Source of the DNA: an uncultured archaeon | GTDB taxonomy: Archaea > EX4484-52 > JAADEF01 | DNA: 28,972 nt | Direction of reading: 5' to 3' | NCBI GenBank assembly: GCA_964407715.1 | Contig: CAYOWP010000012.1 | Span: forward strand, 1-28,972 | Part shown: positions 10,170-19,276 of the stretch, in pieces | Numbering within the stretch: the stretch's first letter is position 1 | How the letters are laid out: every line of letters begins with the position of its first letter | Notes under the pieces: model-generated | What the model was told of the DNA's origin: nothing | Databases searched by the model: none | What the model saw: the letters and a program-made list of their open reading frames with translations, nothing else | Translations under genes and position numbers: made by a program

Positions 10170-10298
10170 ATTTTCACCTTTAACATCCCCTCATGATAAT
10201 AATAAGTAAATCTCTTTTATAAATATATGAATGTATTAACTATAATATATAGATTAAGTTTTAGTGAAAATCTGACACTTGTGGGTGTTTACCAATTT

Positions 10299-10826
10299 GT
10301 GATAGCGATTTCTTCCCGTTAACCATATCACTTTAAAAAATGGTTAAGGGGAAGCCTAACCCTTCAAGAAAGCATATGGAAGCAGGTAACCTTTTATGCA
10401 CGTGTATGAAGCAGCTAACCTTCAAAAGAGGTTAGCATGCTCCAATGTGCTTTGGAAAAGCGATTTCCTCCCGTTAACCAGATTTAAAAATAAAAATTTG
10501 GTTAAGGAGAAATCTAACCCTTCAAGAAGGCATATAAGAGCAGCTAATCTTTTGAGGAGATTAGCATGCCACAAGACGCTCATGATAGCGATATCTTCCC
10601 GTTAACCATATCACTTTAAAAAATGGTTAAGGGGAAGTCTAACCTTCTAAGAAGGCATAGTGAAGCAGGTAACCTTTTTGAGTGGTTAATTTCTCTTAAA
10701 CTTTTTGGAAAAGCGATATCTTCCCGTTAACCATATTCTTCTCAATAAAAAATTTGGTTAACGGGAAGTCTAACCTTTCAAGAAGTCACATTGCAAGAGC
10801 TAACCTAATAAAGCGGTTTATGCTGC
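10299..10826. repeat. Tandem palindromic array 2 (4 units, opposite orientation to arrays 1 and 3)
   Basis: CGTTAACCA at 10317, 10472, 10600, 10725 (spacings 155, 128, 125), each paired with TGGTTAA and followed by GCAGCTAACC...GGTTAGC-type hairpin. Confidence 0.92.
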
Positions 10827-10844
10827 AAAATCATGAAGGATTTT

Positions 10845-12158
10845 TTACCAATAACTCTCGCGTTCATCAATCTCAAAGAATATAGGGGTGAGCATAAATT
10901 TCTCTATTTCTTCTTTTGTTTTAAACATATTTACTGCAAGAGATAACTTCACATAGGCGACTTCTGGAACCATATCTTTAAGAAATACAACGCCTGCTTC
11001 TTTTATTAATCTCAGATTCTTATATACATAAGGATGAACGCTTCCATAAATTGTTTGAGATGTCATTCCTATAAACTTTTCAGAAGAATACTTTTTAATT
11101 ATCTCTAATAAGCCCTCTGATTCTCTGACATTTATATGTCCTAATCCTGTACCTTCTATTATTACTCCTTTTTTGTTTTTTAAGAAATATTCTAAATCCT
11201 CTGCTTTCATTCCAGGATAATACTTTATAAGAGCCACATCTGAAGAATAGCATGAGATTTTTATTTTTTCCTTATATTTATCATTTTCCTTATAATCTCT
11301 CTCATCGAACTTTATCTCTATCTTCTTTTTCTCCAAATCTATTCTAATAACGCTTTTTGGTTTAAAGTTTATGCTCTTAAAAGCATCTCTTCTTGAAGTG
11401 TGCATTTTTCTAACTCTTGTACCATAATGCACATGAAATATCTCATCTGATGTGCCTCCATGCATACATACGAACACTCCTTTCCCTGAATAAGCCTTTA
11501 TAAACTCCAACGCTGCTATGATATTAAAAATGGAATCTGCGCTCGGTCTATCAGAACTTCTCTGGGAACCAACTAACACAATAGGAACAGGAATCAAAGA
11601 AGAGAGCTTAAAAGATAATGCTGCAGAGGAATAGTGCATGGTATCTGTTCCATGCCCGATAATTATGCCATCAACCTCTTGGCACCTCTGATATTCCTCA
11701 ATTACTTTTGTTATCATATAATTCCAATCTTTTGGAGTTAAATTTTCGCTCATTTCCTGCATGATAACCTTTGCAATAATTCTTACATCATTCTTATACC
11801 ATGTTGGAAATAAATTGATGAGATCCTGTGGATCCAGCGAAGCAATTACACCTCCTGTTTCATATTCAACCTTAGAGGCTATAGTTCCTCCAGTAGATAA
11901 AAGGAGAACCTTATATTTAAGATTTTTTTCTTCTTTTTTATGAGAAACCTGCTTTAGTATTTTATTTTTTAAATCTCCTTTCCTCTCAATTTTGGAGATA
12001 TCTTTTAATCTAAATGCCATATTATATCCGCTCTTTAATTTTATAATAATAGAATCTTCTCTATTGTATTTTGTTTTTGGCATTACAACTCCTTCAAACA
12101 CCTCACCATCAACAGTTTTGATTTTAATCTTTGAATATTCTTTTATTCCTCTCAGCAT
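10845..12158 (-). CDS. gatD: Glutamyl-tRNA(Gln) amidotransferase subunit D
   Basis: GatD N-domain IKLKSGYN, TGGTIASKV, HGTDTM, GSQRSSDRPS, RKMHTSRRDAF, GTGLGH, DMVPEVAYVKL. Confidence 0.95.
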   Translation of the reverse strand: MLRGIKEYSKIKIKTVDGEVFEGVVMPKTKYNREDSIIIKLKSGYNMAFRLKDISKIERKGDLKNKILKQVSHKKEEKNLKYKVLLLSTGGTIASKVEYETGGVIASLDPQDLINLFPTWYKNDVRIIAKVIMQEMSENLTPKDWNYMITKVIEEYQRCQEVDGIIIGHGTDTMHYSSAALSFKLSSLIPVPIVLVGSQRSSDRPSADSIFNIIAALEFIKAYSGKGVFVCMHGGTSDEIFHVHYGTRVRKMHTSRRDAFKSINFKPKSVIRIDLEKKKIEIKFDERDYKENDKYKEKIKISCYSSDVALIKYYPGMKAEDLEYFLKNKKGVIIEGTGLGHINVRESEGLLEIIKKYSSEKFIGMTSQTIYGSVHPYVYKNLRLIKEAGVVFLKDMVPEVAYVKLSLAVNMFKTKEEIEKFMLTPIFFEIDERESYW

Positions 12159-12168
12159 ATTTATACCT

Positions 12169-12759
12169 CTATTTTAAATACTTCTTTATTATTTCCCTTA
12201 TTTGTTGATGAATGTTCTCTATAGAATCCTCACCATTTATAAATATGATGTTATAATTCGGAAAATAAGATAGAAGATTTTTATATTCTTGTATAAGTTT
12301 CTCTTGGAATGATTTTTTTTCAAATATTATATCGCTCTCTCCTCTTCTTCTCATTTGCTCTTCAATAGATATCTCTAATACAAATGCAATATCAGGAACT
12401 ATAACAAATCTATTGACCTCTTTTAACCATTTTAGATCTAATCCCATAGTCTTTTGATAAACAATTGAACTATAAAAACTCCTATCTCCGATTATTACAT
12501 CATACTCTCTTAAAGCATGGTTAAGCACTTCATATTTAAACATGATCCTATCGAGTGCAAAAGCCAATGAAATTGCATCATTTCCATAAATTGTACCTTC
12601 CCTTATCATTTCCTTGACTAATTTACCCGCTTTTGTTGTTGTTGGTTCATGAAAATAAAATACTTTGTAATTCTCTTTTTTGAGATACTTCTCTAATGCT
12701 TTTGCTTGGGTTGTTTTTCCTGCACCATCTATCCCCTCAAATACAACATACAAAGACAT
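12169..12759 (-). CDS. tmk: Thymidylate kinase
   Basis: FEGIDGAGKTTQ P-loop, EPT, FALDR, DRSFYSSIVYQ. Confidence 0.95.
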   Translation of the reverse strand: MSLYVVFEGIDGAGKTTQAKALEKYLKKENYKVFYFHEPTTTKAGKLVKEMIREGTIYGNDAISLAFALDRIMFKYEVLNHALREYDVIIGDRSFYSSIVYQKTMGLDLKWLKEVNRFVIVPDIAFVLEISIEEQMRRRGESDIIFEKKSFQEKLIQEYKNLLSYFPNYNIIFINGEDSIENIHQQIREIIKKYLK

Positions 12760-12813
12760 AAAAACATATATTGAAAAATTCTTTTAAAAAGATATTGGTA
12801 GGATTACATAATT

Positions 12814-13311
12814 ATGGAAAATTCATTAAAAGAAAAAAATTCTTATTATATAGAAGAGGTTATTGTGTATCCTATAAATAAAAAGGAAAACAAAGTTCTT
12901 TTGATTCATAAGAAAAGAGGATTGGGAAGTGGTTTATATAATGGCCCTGGTGGTAAGGTACATAAGAATGAAACAGCGAAAGAAGCTGCAATCAGAGAGT
13001 GTGAAGAGGAAATAGGAATAAAACCAATAACATTGAATCATAAAGCAACAATAGAGTTCATAAATAATAAATATGAGAAGATTTTGGTACATGTATTTGT
13101 TACATATAAATGGAGAGGAAAGCCTAAGGAGACAGATGAAGCAAAACCTATATGGTTTGATATAAACGCGTTACCTTATCAAAATATGTGGGAAGATGAT
13201 ATCTATTGGCTACCTTATGTACTTAAAGATAATGAAATCTATGCAATCTTTGAATTTAAAAAATGGAAGCTTATAAGAAAAAAAGTGTATTTCTTAAATG
13301 AGGTGAAATAA
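12814..13311 (+). CDS. Nudix hydrolase, MTH1-like 8-oxo-dGTP diphosphatase
   Basis: KKRGLG-G-YNGPGGKV...EAAIRECEEEIG Nudix box; LPYQNMWEDD-YWLP. Confidence 0.88.
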   Translation: MENSLKEKNSYYIEEVIVYPINKKENKVLLIHKKRGLGSGLYNGPGGKVHKNETAKEAAIRECEEEIGIKPITLNHKATIEFINNKYEKILVHVFVTYKWRGKPKETDEAKPIWFDINALPYQNMWEDDIYWLPYVLKDNEIYAIFEFKKWKLIRKKVYFLNEVK

Positions 13312-13312
13312 A

Positions 13313-14149
13313 ATGCTTAAATTATATGATATTGTTGCTTCCAAAGAAGATATTAAAGAAATAACAAAAGAAGTGGTAAAGGATCTTTATCTTCCAAAAG
13401 AGAATACACATAAAGGAGAAAATGGAAAGGTTCTTGTTATTGGTGGTAGCAAAGAATACTTCGGAGCTCCAATTCTCGTTGGTATGGCAGCACTAAAAAT
13501 AGTTGATTGGACAAGTGTTCTATCTGTTGAGGAAGTAATAAATAAAATATATCATCCAGAAATAATTCCATATAGTGTTAGCGGTGATTATATAAGTAAA
13601 AAACATATGAAATATGTGTTAAATGTCGCAGAAAAACACGATGTTGTAGTGATAGGCAACGGATTGGGGGCAAATTCCATTACATACAAATTCATTAATG
13701 AGTTTCTTTCGAAATATAAAGGTAAAGTGGTTATAGATGCAGATGCATTAAAAGTGCTTGATATTGAAAAGTTTATTCCTAATAGCAATATTATTATGAC
13801 ACCAAATGCAAATGAGTATAAATATTTGGAAAATCATATTAAAAAGTTGCTTGATAAAGGAGTAGTGATAGTTGTTAAGGGTAAGGAAGATATTGTTCTT
13901 CATAAAGAAAAAATTAGAATAAACAGAACGGGTAATGCTGGAATGACAAAGGGAGGGACAGGAGATGTGTTATCAGGTATTATAGGGGCTTTATTCACAA
14001 GGAATGATGCATTTCTTTCAGCATGTGCTGGAGCATATATCAATGGATACATAGGAGATATGCTCTATAAAGAAAAAGGATATTATTACACTCCTTTGGA
14101 TATAATAGAAAAGTTGCCTTATGCACTTAAAGAGCTAATCTTAAAGTAA
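13313..14149 (+). CDS. nnrD: ADP-dependent NAD(P)H-hydrate dehydratase (YjeF C-terminal domain)
   Basis: HKGENGKVLVIGGS, IGNGLG, VIDADAL, TKGGTGDVLSG. Confidence 0.92.
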   Translation: MLKLYDIVASKEDIKEITKEVVKDLYLPKENTHKGENGKVLVIGGSKEYFGAPILVGMAALKIVDWTSVLSVEEVINKIYHPEIIPYSVSGDYISKKHMKYVLNVAEKHDVVVIGNGLGANSITYKFINEFLSKYKGKVVIDADALKVLDIEKFIPNSNIIMTPNANEYKYLENHIKKLLDKGVVIVVKGKEDIVLHKEKIRINRTGNAGMTKGGTGDVLSGIIGALFTRNDAFLSACAGAYINGYIGDMLYKEKGYYYTPLDIIEKLPYALKELILK

Positions 14150-14839
14150 CCTTTTCTTTTTGAACCCTGAAGCTTTTATTACAGCACACACCTCTCTTTC
14201 TTCAAAGAAAGGATGTCTAACAAGTTTTAGATATCTTTTTCCGTTACTTTCATCTATGAAAATCATAACCTTAAAATCATATTTTACGAGATCCCTTCCA
14301 ACAACTTCCAAATTGCCTGTATCAAAATCAACATATACTTGATGAGTTGCTAATATAGGGATGTTATGATGAAATGATATCTTCTTTAACTCATGAATTG
14401 TTCTCCCCATTCTTCTATTTATCTCCCAGATATTGTGATGATCCTTTACTTCAACACGATAAGGATTGCTCAACGAATCTATAACAATAAGACCTATATC
14501 CGCATGCTCTTTAGATGTTATCATTGTTTTAATATCATCAATGACCTTTCTTAATTCATTTAAATCAAATACCTTTTTTATCAATAGGTTTTTGAGGTCT
14601 TCCTTTTCAGGATAAATGTCTAAAAGCCTTTCAATAAAAAAGCCATTTTCAGTATCTATATATACCACCTTTTTTCCTTTTTTGAGAAAATCTCCAACTA
14701 TGTGAAGACAAAAAGTGGTTTTTCCACATCCTGCTTTGCCATAAACTCCATGCAATGTATTAGTTAAAAGATAAGGTAATACCTCTCTAATAACATCATT
14801 CGATAGTTCTATTTTTTCTTTGTTATCTTCTATCTCCAT
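14141..14839 (-). CDS. radB: DNA repair protein RadB (RecA family)
   Basis: YGKAGCGKTT, VVYIDTENGF, LIVIDSLS, C-terminal LVRHPF resembling the RadB basic patch; no RadA N-terminal domain. Confidence 0.8.
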   Translation of the reverse strand: MEIEDNKEKIELSNDVIREVLPYLLTNTLHGVYGKAGCGKTTFCLHIVGDFLKKGKKVVYIDTENGFFIERLLDIYPEKEDLKNLLIKKVFDLNELRKVIDDIKTMITSKEHADIGLIVIDSLSNPYRVEVKDHHNIWEINRRMGRTIHELKKISFHHNIPILATHQVYVDFDTGNLEVVGRDLVKYDFKVMIFIDESNGKRYLKLVRHPFFEEREVCAVIKASGFKKKRLL

Positions 14840-14843
14840 AATC

Positions 14844-15986
14844 TCATCCCTCTATTATAACATCAAGTATCTTTTCAGGTGAAATCTCTATACCTCTAAC
14901 TATTCTTATAGAGCCTGCCTCTTTATGCCCTCCTCCATCTATATATGACTCTCCATAAAGATTAGAAATTCTTGAATAAAATACCTCAAATGTCATTTTT
15001 GAATCATTACTCCTAAAAATCAACATATTATTGAACACTCCTATTACCACCACTTCTCCATGTATTTTCCTTAACTCCTCAAATAACACACCTGTTAGTT
15101 TTCCAGGAGGAGGATATTGAGAGAGTAATATCTTATTATAAGGTATAACGAATACATTATTCTTATTCATCCAATGACTTTTACTTAAAGATATCATCTG
15201 ATTCTCCATTTTTATAATCTCGTTATAGATATGCGATATAAATTCATCATTTTTTTCATTAAGAACGAAATTTATTATTCCATAATCATTGGATGAATGG
15301 AAAATCTCAAAGTCGATAACCTTAGCATACTTTTTTATTTTTTCATCAGTTATATTTATTTTGTTTTTCATATATTCATAATGCTTTGTATTGTATAACT
15401 TGTCCGCATATAATGAGATAAGTCCGAGGAGATATTTGTTTTTTAAAAAAGAAATATTTTCGCTTATTGCTATGGAGATTAATCCTGCTGAGACATCAAC
15501 ATTTTGAGTATAAAGATAAGGATTTATATACAAAAATTTTTTTCTATTTCTTATTTCTGTGATTTTGTATTCCATTGGATGGTGATCTATAATTATCACA
15601 TTTATTCCTTTATATAATATTCTATTTAATCCCAACACAGAAGATTTTGCAGATCCAAAATCAATAAGGATTAGTAAATCATCTTTTTTTAATGAATTCC
15701 AATCCTTTAATGCCTCATTATATGTATATGATGGCTGAGAATAGTAATATCTCGTAAGATTTATCCTTATGTTACGCTTATGTCCATAAGATATTATGGA
15801 TTTCTCAAGTGCATATCCTCCTATAAATCCATCCGCATCATTATGATGTTTTATTACTATCCTTCTATTGTCCTTAATTTTTGATTTTATTATCTTGCAA
15901 GCCAAGTTAATTTCCTTAGATAATAATTTGATGTTAGGTATGCTCTTTATAAATGAAATATTCTCATTTCTCTCTACACCTTCCAT
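14844..15986 (-). CDS. DHH-family RecJ-like nuclease, HAN/COG1107-like core
   Basis: HHNDADG, DFGS, IDHH, INPY, YPPPGK, DGGGH motifs; ATG at 15986. Confidence 0.8.
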   Translation of the reverse strand: MEGVERNENISFIKSIPNIKLLSKEINLACKIIKSKIKDNRRIVIKHHNDADGFIGGYALEKSIISYGHKRNIRINLTRYYYSQPSYTYNEALKDWNSLKKDDLLILIDFGSAKSSVLGLNRILYKGINVIIIDHHPMEYKITEIRNRKKFLYINPYLYTQNVDVSAGLISIAISENISFLKNKYLLGLISLYADKLYNTKHYEYMKNKINITDEKIKKYAKVIDFEIFHSSNDYGIINFVLNEKNDEFISHIYNEIIKMENQMISLSKSHWMNKNNVFVIPYNKILLSQYPPPGKLTGVLFEELRKIHGEVVVIGVFNNMLIFRSNDSKMTFEVFYSRISNLYGESYIDGGGHKEAGSIRIVRGIEISPEKILDVIIEG

Positions 15987-16060
15987 ATTCAAAAAATATT
16001 TCCAAAATTTTAAAATTATGTCGTTAAAAACTTTATGCTCTCACATCTTTTACTTTGAAT

Positions 16061-16441
16061 AATATGGTTAATGGGAAGATATCGCTATCACGAGCGTCTT
16101 GTGGCATGCTAACCTCCTCAAAAGGTTACCTGCTTCCATGTGCCTTCTTGAAGGGTTAGGCTTCCCGTTAACCAAATTTTTATTTTTAAATCTGGTTAAC
16201 GGGAGGAAATCGCTTTATCACAGGTCTCGCAGTGTGCTAACCTCCTCAAAAGATTAGCTGCTTCCATGTGGTTCATTAAGAGGACATTTTCCCCTTAACC
16301 AAATTTTTATTTTTAAATCAGGTTAACGCGAGAAAATCGCTTTTCCAAAGCACATTGGAGCATGCTAACCTCTTTTAAAGGTTAGCTGTTGTAAATTGCT
16401 TTCTCAAGAAGGTATGCTTCCCCTTAACCAAAATTTTATTC
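16061..16441. repeat. Tandem palindromic array 3 (3 units)
   Basis: (T/A)GGTTAA at 16065, 16193, 16320 (spacings 128, 127); GCTAACCT...AGGTTAGCTG-type hairpin in each unit; ends CTTCCCCTTAACCA at 16430. Confidence 0.92.
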
Positions 16442-16515
16442 CGCTACTCATCACTATAACCACGCTATCACAGAGAAAAACTTTTATATATCTCAACTCC
16501 ATATAATAAATAATT

Positions 16516-17154
16516 ATGGTAATTAGCAAAATAAAATCTTTCTTTAGAAATAAGTTATTGAGAATCTTTCGTAAGAAAAAACACATTGTTTTGGGCTTCT
16601 ATGGTCCGCCAAATGCAGGAAAGTCCACTCTTGCGAATAGAATAAGTAAGGATTTTGCAGGTGAGGAATTTACAACATCCTCAGAGATACCACATGAAAC
16701 AAGAGAAATATTAATAAAAGAAAAGGTATTGATAAAGAAAGGCAATAAATCACTAACTATAAATCTTGTAGATACTCCTGGTTTAGCCACAAAGATAGAT
16801 TTTGAGGATTTCGTGAAAAAAGGATTAAAAGAAAAAGAAGCCAAAAAGCGCGCCAGAGAGGCAACAAAAGGAGTAATCGAAGCCATAAAATGGTTAGATA
16901 ATGTGGATGCTGTGGTCGTTGTTTTGGATGCTACAAAGGATCCCTTGGATCAAGTAAATATAACGCTCATAGGAAACTTGGAATCTCGCAACATACCTTT
17001 TATAATTGCCGCAAATAAGATAGACCTAAAAAAAGCATCTGCTCATCGCATAAGAGAGGTATTTCCTGATTATGAAGTGATAGGAATAAGTGCAAAGACA
17101 GGTGAAGGAATGAATTATTTCTACGAAAAACTTATAGAGATATTGTCAAGATAA
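16516..17154 (+). CDS. oapA: Era-like GTP-binding protein (OapA family)
   Basis: GFYGPPNAGKSTLANRI, IPHETR, DTPG, RAREATKGVIEAIKWL, DPLDQVN, ANKIDL, ISAK. Confidence 0.85.
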   Translation: MVISKIKSFFRNKLLRIFRKKKHIVLGFYGPPNAGKSTLANRISKDFAGEEFTTSSEIPHETREILIKEKVLIKKGNKSLTINLVDTPGLATKIDFEDFVKKGLKEKEAKKRAREATKGVIEAIKWLDNVDAVVVVLDATKDPLDQVNITLIGNLESRNIPFIIAANKIDLKKASAHRIREVFPDYEVIGISAKTGEGMNYFYEKLIEILSR

Positions 17155-17175
17155 ATTCATAGAAGGTGATCATAT

Positions 17176-17529
17176 ATCGTAGATATAAATTTGGAGTTAA
17201 TAAGTTATGATGAATATAAAAAAATGGGAGAAAAAGAAATCATAAAAAAGATTCTGTCATCCAAAAATAAAATAATAATCATCAATAAAAAACTATCTCC
17301 GGATGAGGAAATAAAATTGATAGAGCAAGCCATGAACTACACAACAGGAAAAGAATTTAAGGGAATAGAAATAGCAAGTATAACAAAACAAAAGAAAAGT
17401 TCTTTTGGTGCTTTAACCAAAATAATATCTCTCTTTCTCAAAAAGGAAGAGGGCATCACACTAATAGGTAATGCCAATGTTATAAAAAAAATAAAACAAA
17501 GCAAAGAAGGAGCCATATTGAAGATATAA
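17176..17529 (+). CDS. oapB: DUF2073/OapB family protein; start uncertain (17176 ATC or 17191 TTG)
   Basis: LSPDEEIKLIE, FKGIEIA, GITLIGNAN motifs; directly follows oapA-like GTPase. Confidence 0.75.
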   Translation: MVDINLELISYDEYKKMGEKEIIKKILSSKNKIIIINKKLSPDEEIKLIEQAMNYTTGKEFKGIEIASITKQKKSSFGALTKIISLFLKKEEGITLIGNANVIKKIKQSKEGAILKI

Positions 17530-17541
17530 TCATATTATCTG

Positions 17542-17792
17542 GGCATTGTCCAATAATTCTCTATTTGTTAAGCGGAAACATAACCTCTTAAAAAAGCACA
17601 GTAGAGCAGCTAACCTTGTAGAGATAATGCGATCGTAAGAGCAAATTTCCTCGTTAACAAATCACTCATCAAAAAATTATTTGAGAATTTGTTAACGGGA
17701 AGTATAGCCATATTCAACAGGTTAACTGCTCTCATGCGCTTCTGTAAGAGGTTATGTTTCTGCTTAACAATAAGGAATTATTGGACAATGCT
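17542..17792. mobile_element. MITE-like element, copy 2 (inverted relative to copy 1)
   Basis: Aligns end to end with reverse complement of 2377-2627; TIR GGCATTGTCCAATAATTC...GAATTATTGGACAATGCT; flanks TATTATCTG (17533-17541) and TATTATCCG (17793-17801), 8/9 match. Confidence 0.85.
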
Positions 17793-17794
17793 TA

Positions 17795-18436
17795 TTATCC
17801 GCTTCTATTATCTGAATATGTCATTTGATAATTTCTTTCTCTATGTTTCATCCACCAATCAATAGCATCAATATGAGGTCTCTCCAAATATTCCTTAAAT
17901 GTTTTATATGTATCTCTAATATTCTTTCTTTCCTCAGGTGTAAGTTCAAATGATTTACTGATTTTGCCATATTCATTTACTTGATAATACTTGCAAGGCA
18001 AAATTCTGTATATATCTATAAATCTCTTTGGAGATAATCTATCTATTGCCTCCTCAACCATACACCATCTAAAATCATATAAGCACACAACAGGATACTC
18101 AATATCCCATTTTTCTTTGAGATCAATCATTATCTCTTTTAAGTTAGTGCACCAGCCATAAGCTGTCCACAAGGTTACTGGTTTATTTTCTTTTTCTTTG
18201 TTCTTTAACATTGAGAGTACACTCAAATTTATCTCCTTCTCCTTGATAAAGAAATAATTTTCAATTAAGCAATTTACCACCTCACAGAATATCCCAGGAA
18301 AGTATTTTCCTCTTTTTCTATCTATATCTTTATCTTCCAAATACCATTTTACTGCAGGATTTTTATATTTGTTTTTCTCCATTATTTTCTTGACATATTT
18401 CTCAGTATCAACAAAAAGATTATGCAAAATAGACAA
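17795..18436 (-). CDS. Hypothetical protein, start uncertain (possibly ATG 18382)
   Basis: Long ORF with genome-typical K/E/I-rich composition; no family recognised. Confidence 0.7.
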   Translation of the reverse strand: MSILHNLFVDTEKYVKKIMEKNKYKNPAVKWYLEDKDIDRKRGKYFPGIFCEVVNCLIENYFFIKEKEINLSVLSMLKNKEKENKPVTLWTAYGWCTNLKEIMIDLKEKWDIEYPVVCLYDFRWCMVEEAIDRLSPKRFIDIYRILPCKYYQVNEYGKISKSFELTPEERKNIRDTYKTFKEYLERPHIDAIDWWMKHRERNYQMTYSDNRSG

Positions 18437-18517
18437 CTTATGTGCAAATTTTTAAAATTTCAAACATTCTCAATTTTTGAAAAATTTATATATTTCATTG
18501 AACAATTATTATCTATT

Positions 18518-18931
18518 ATGAAAAGAAAATATCTCTCATTATTAAAAAGGATTATGGAGATAAGATTAAACATATTTCACAAAAAACCAAAGGTAGATAT
18601 AAAGGAACAAACAGGTATCTTATTATACCTTACAGGTTCAATATTATCTATTGTCGTAGGCGCCTTAAGTTTTATCTATACTTTTAACATACCTCTCATA
18701 GATAAAACGAGAATAATCCCAATAATATGGATTATATTGGGGTTCTTAGGTATATATGCATCTGACTATCATCTTAGTAAAAGGAATGAGGCATCTCTAA
18801 GAATTCTATTTTATTTAACACTCCTTAACTTAATGAGCGCTTCTGCCTATTTCTTCTCTGCTATCATGTGCTTTGTAGGCACATACTTTATCTTTGAGGA
18901 TATGTATTCAAAGAAAAGGATATCTTTTTAA
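18518..18931 (+). CDS. Hypothetical membrane protein (3-4 TM helices)
   Basis: Hydrophobic segments; TTTATATA at 18485-18492 about 26 nt before ATG 18518 suggests a leaderless start. Confidence 0.65.
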   Translation: MKRKYLSLLKRIMEIRLNIFHKKPKVDIKEQTGILLYLTGSILSIVVGALSFIYTFNIPLIDKTRIIPIIWIILGFLGIYASDYHLSKRNEASLRILFYLTLLNLMSASAYFFSAIMCFVGTYFIFEDMYSKKRISF

Positions 18932-18996
18932 ATATAAACCAAACTTTTAAACATATATTTTAAAATTCTATACTCCTTTTTAAAGAGGTGATATCT

Positions 18997-19263
18997 ATGG
19001 GTAATCTGGATGAAATATTGGAATTTTTACAAATGTTAGCAGAGGATAGAAGAATCCCAAGGAATGTGAGATCTATGATAAATGAAGCACTTGAAGAGAT
19101 AACCTCTAATGAAGAAGAGAATATTAAAACAAGGATAACCACCGCAATAAGCATTTTGGATGAGGCAAGCAATGATCAAAATTTACAGCAGTTTTCAAGA
19201 ACTGAAATATGGAATGTAATAAGCATGTTAGAAAGCTTCTTAAAGCAAATGGAGGAAGAGTGA
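18997..19263 (+). CDS. UPF0147 family protein
   Basis: EDRRIPRNVR...AISILDEASNDQNL...RTEIWNVISMLE; SD GAGGTGA before ATG 18997. Confidence 0.88.
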   Translation: MGNLDEILEFLQMLAEDRRIPRNVRSMINEALEEITSNEEENIKTRITTAISILDEASNDQNLQQFSRTEIWNVISMLESFLKQMEEE

Positions 19264-19276
19264 ACAACATGATTTT

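Noticed and set aside
10396-10605. 69-aa ORF inside array 2 (also 16404-16586 and 2113-2415)
   Set aside because: They are translations of repeat DNA or antisense shadows; most unit lengths are not multiples of three.
10299-10826. Telomere-like GGTTAG/CTAACC hexamers
   Set aside because: They are isolated cores within larger palindromes, not tandem runs.
12760-12813. NrdR box upstream of tmk (AAACATATATTGAAA)
   Set aside because: Weak match in AT-rich DNA, not tandem, and better explained as a TATA region of divergent promoters.
16061-16441. Canonical ORB replication origin
   Set aside because: No TTCCAGTGGAAA plus G-string ORB match, no adjacent cdc6, and the same repeats occur at five other loci.
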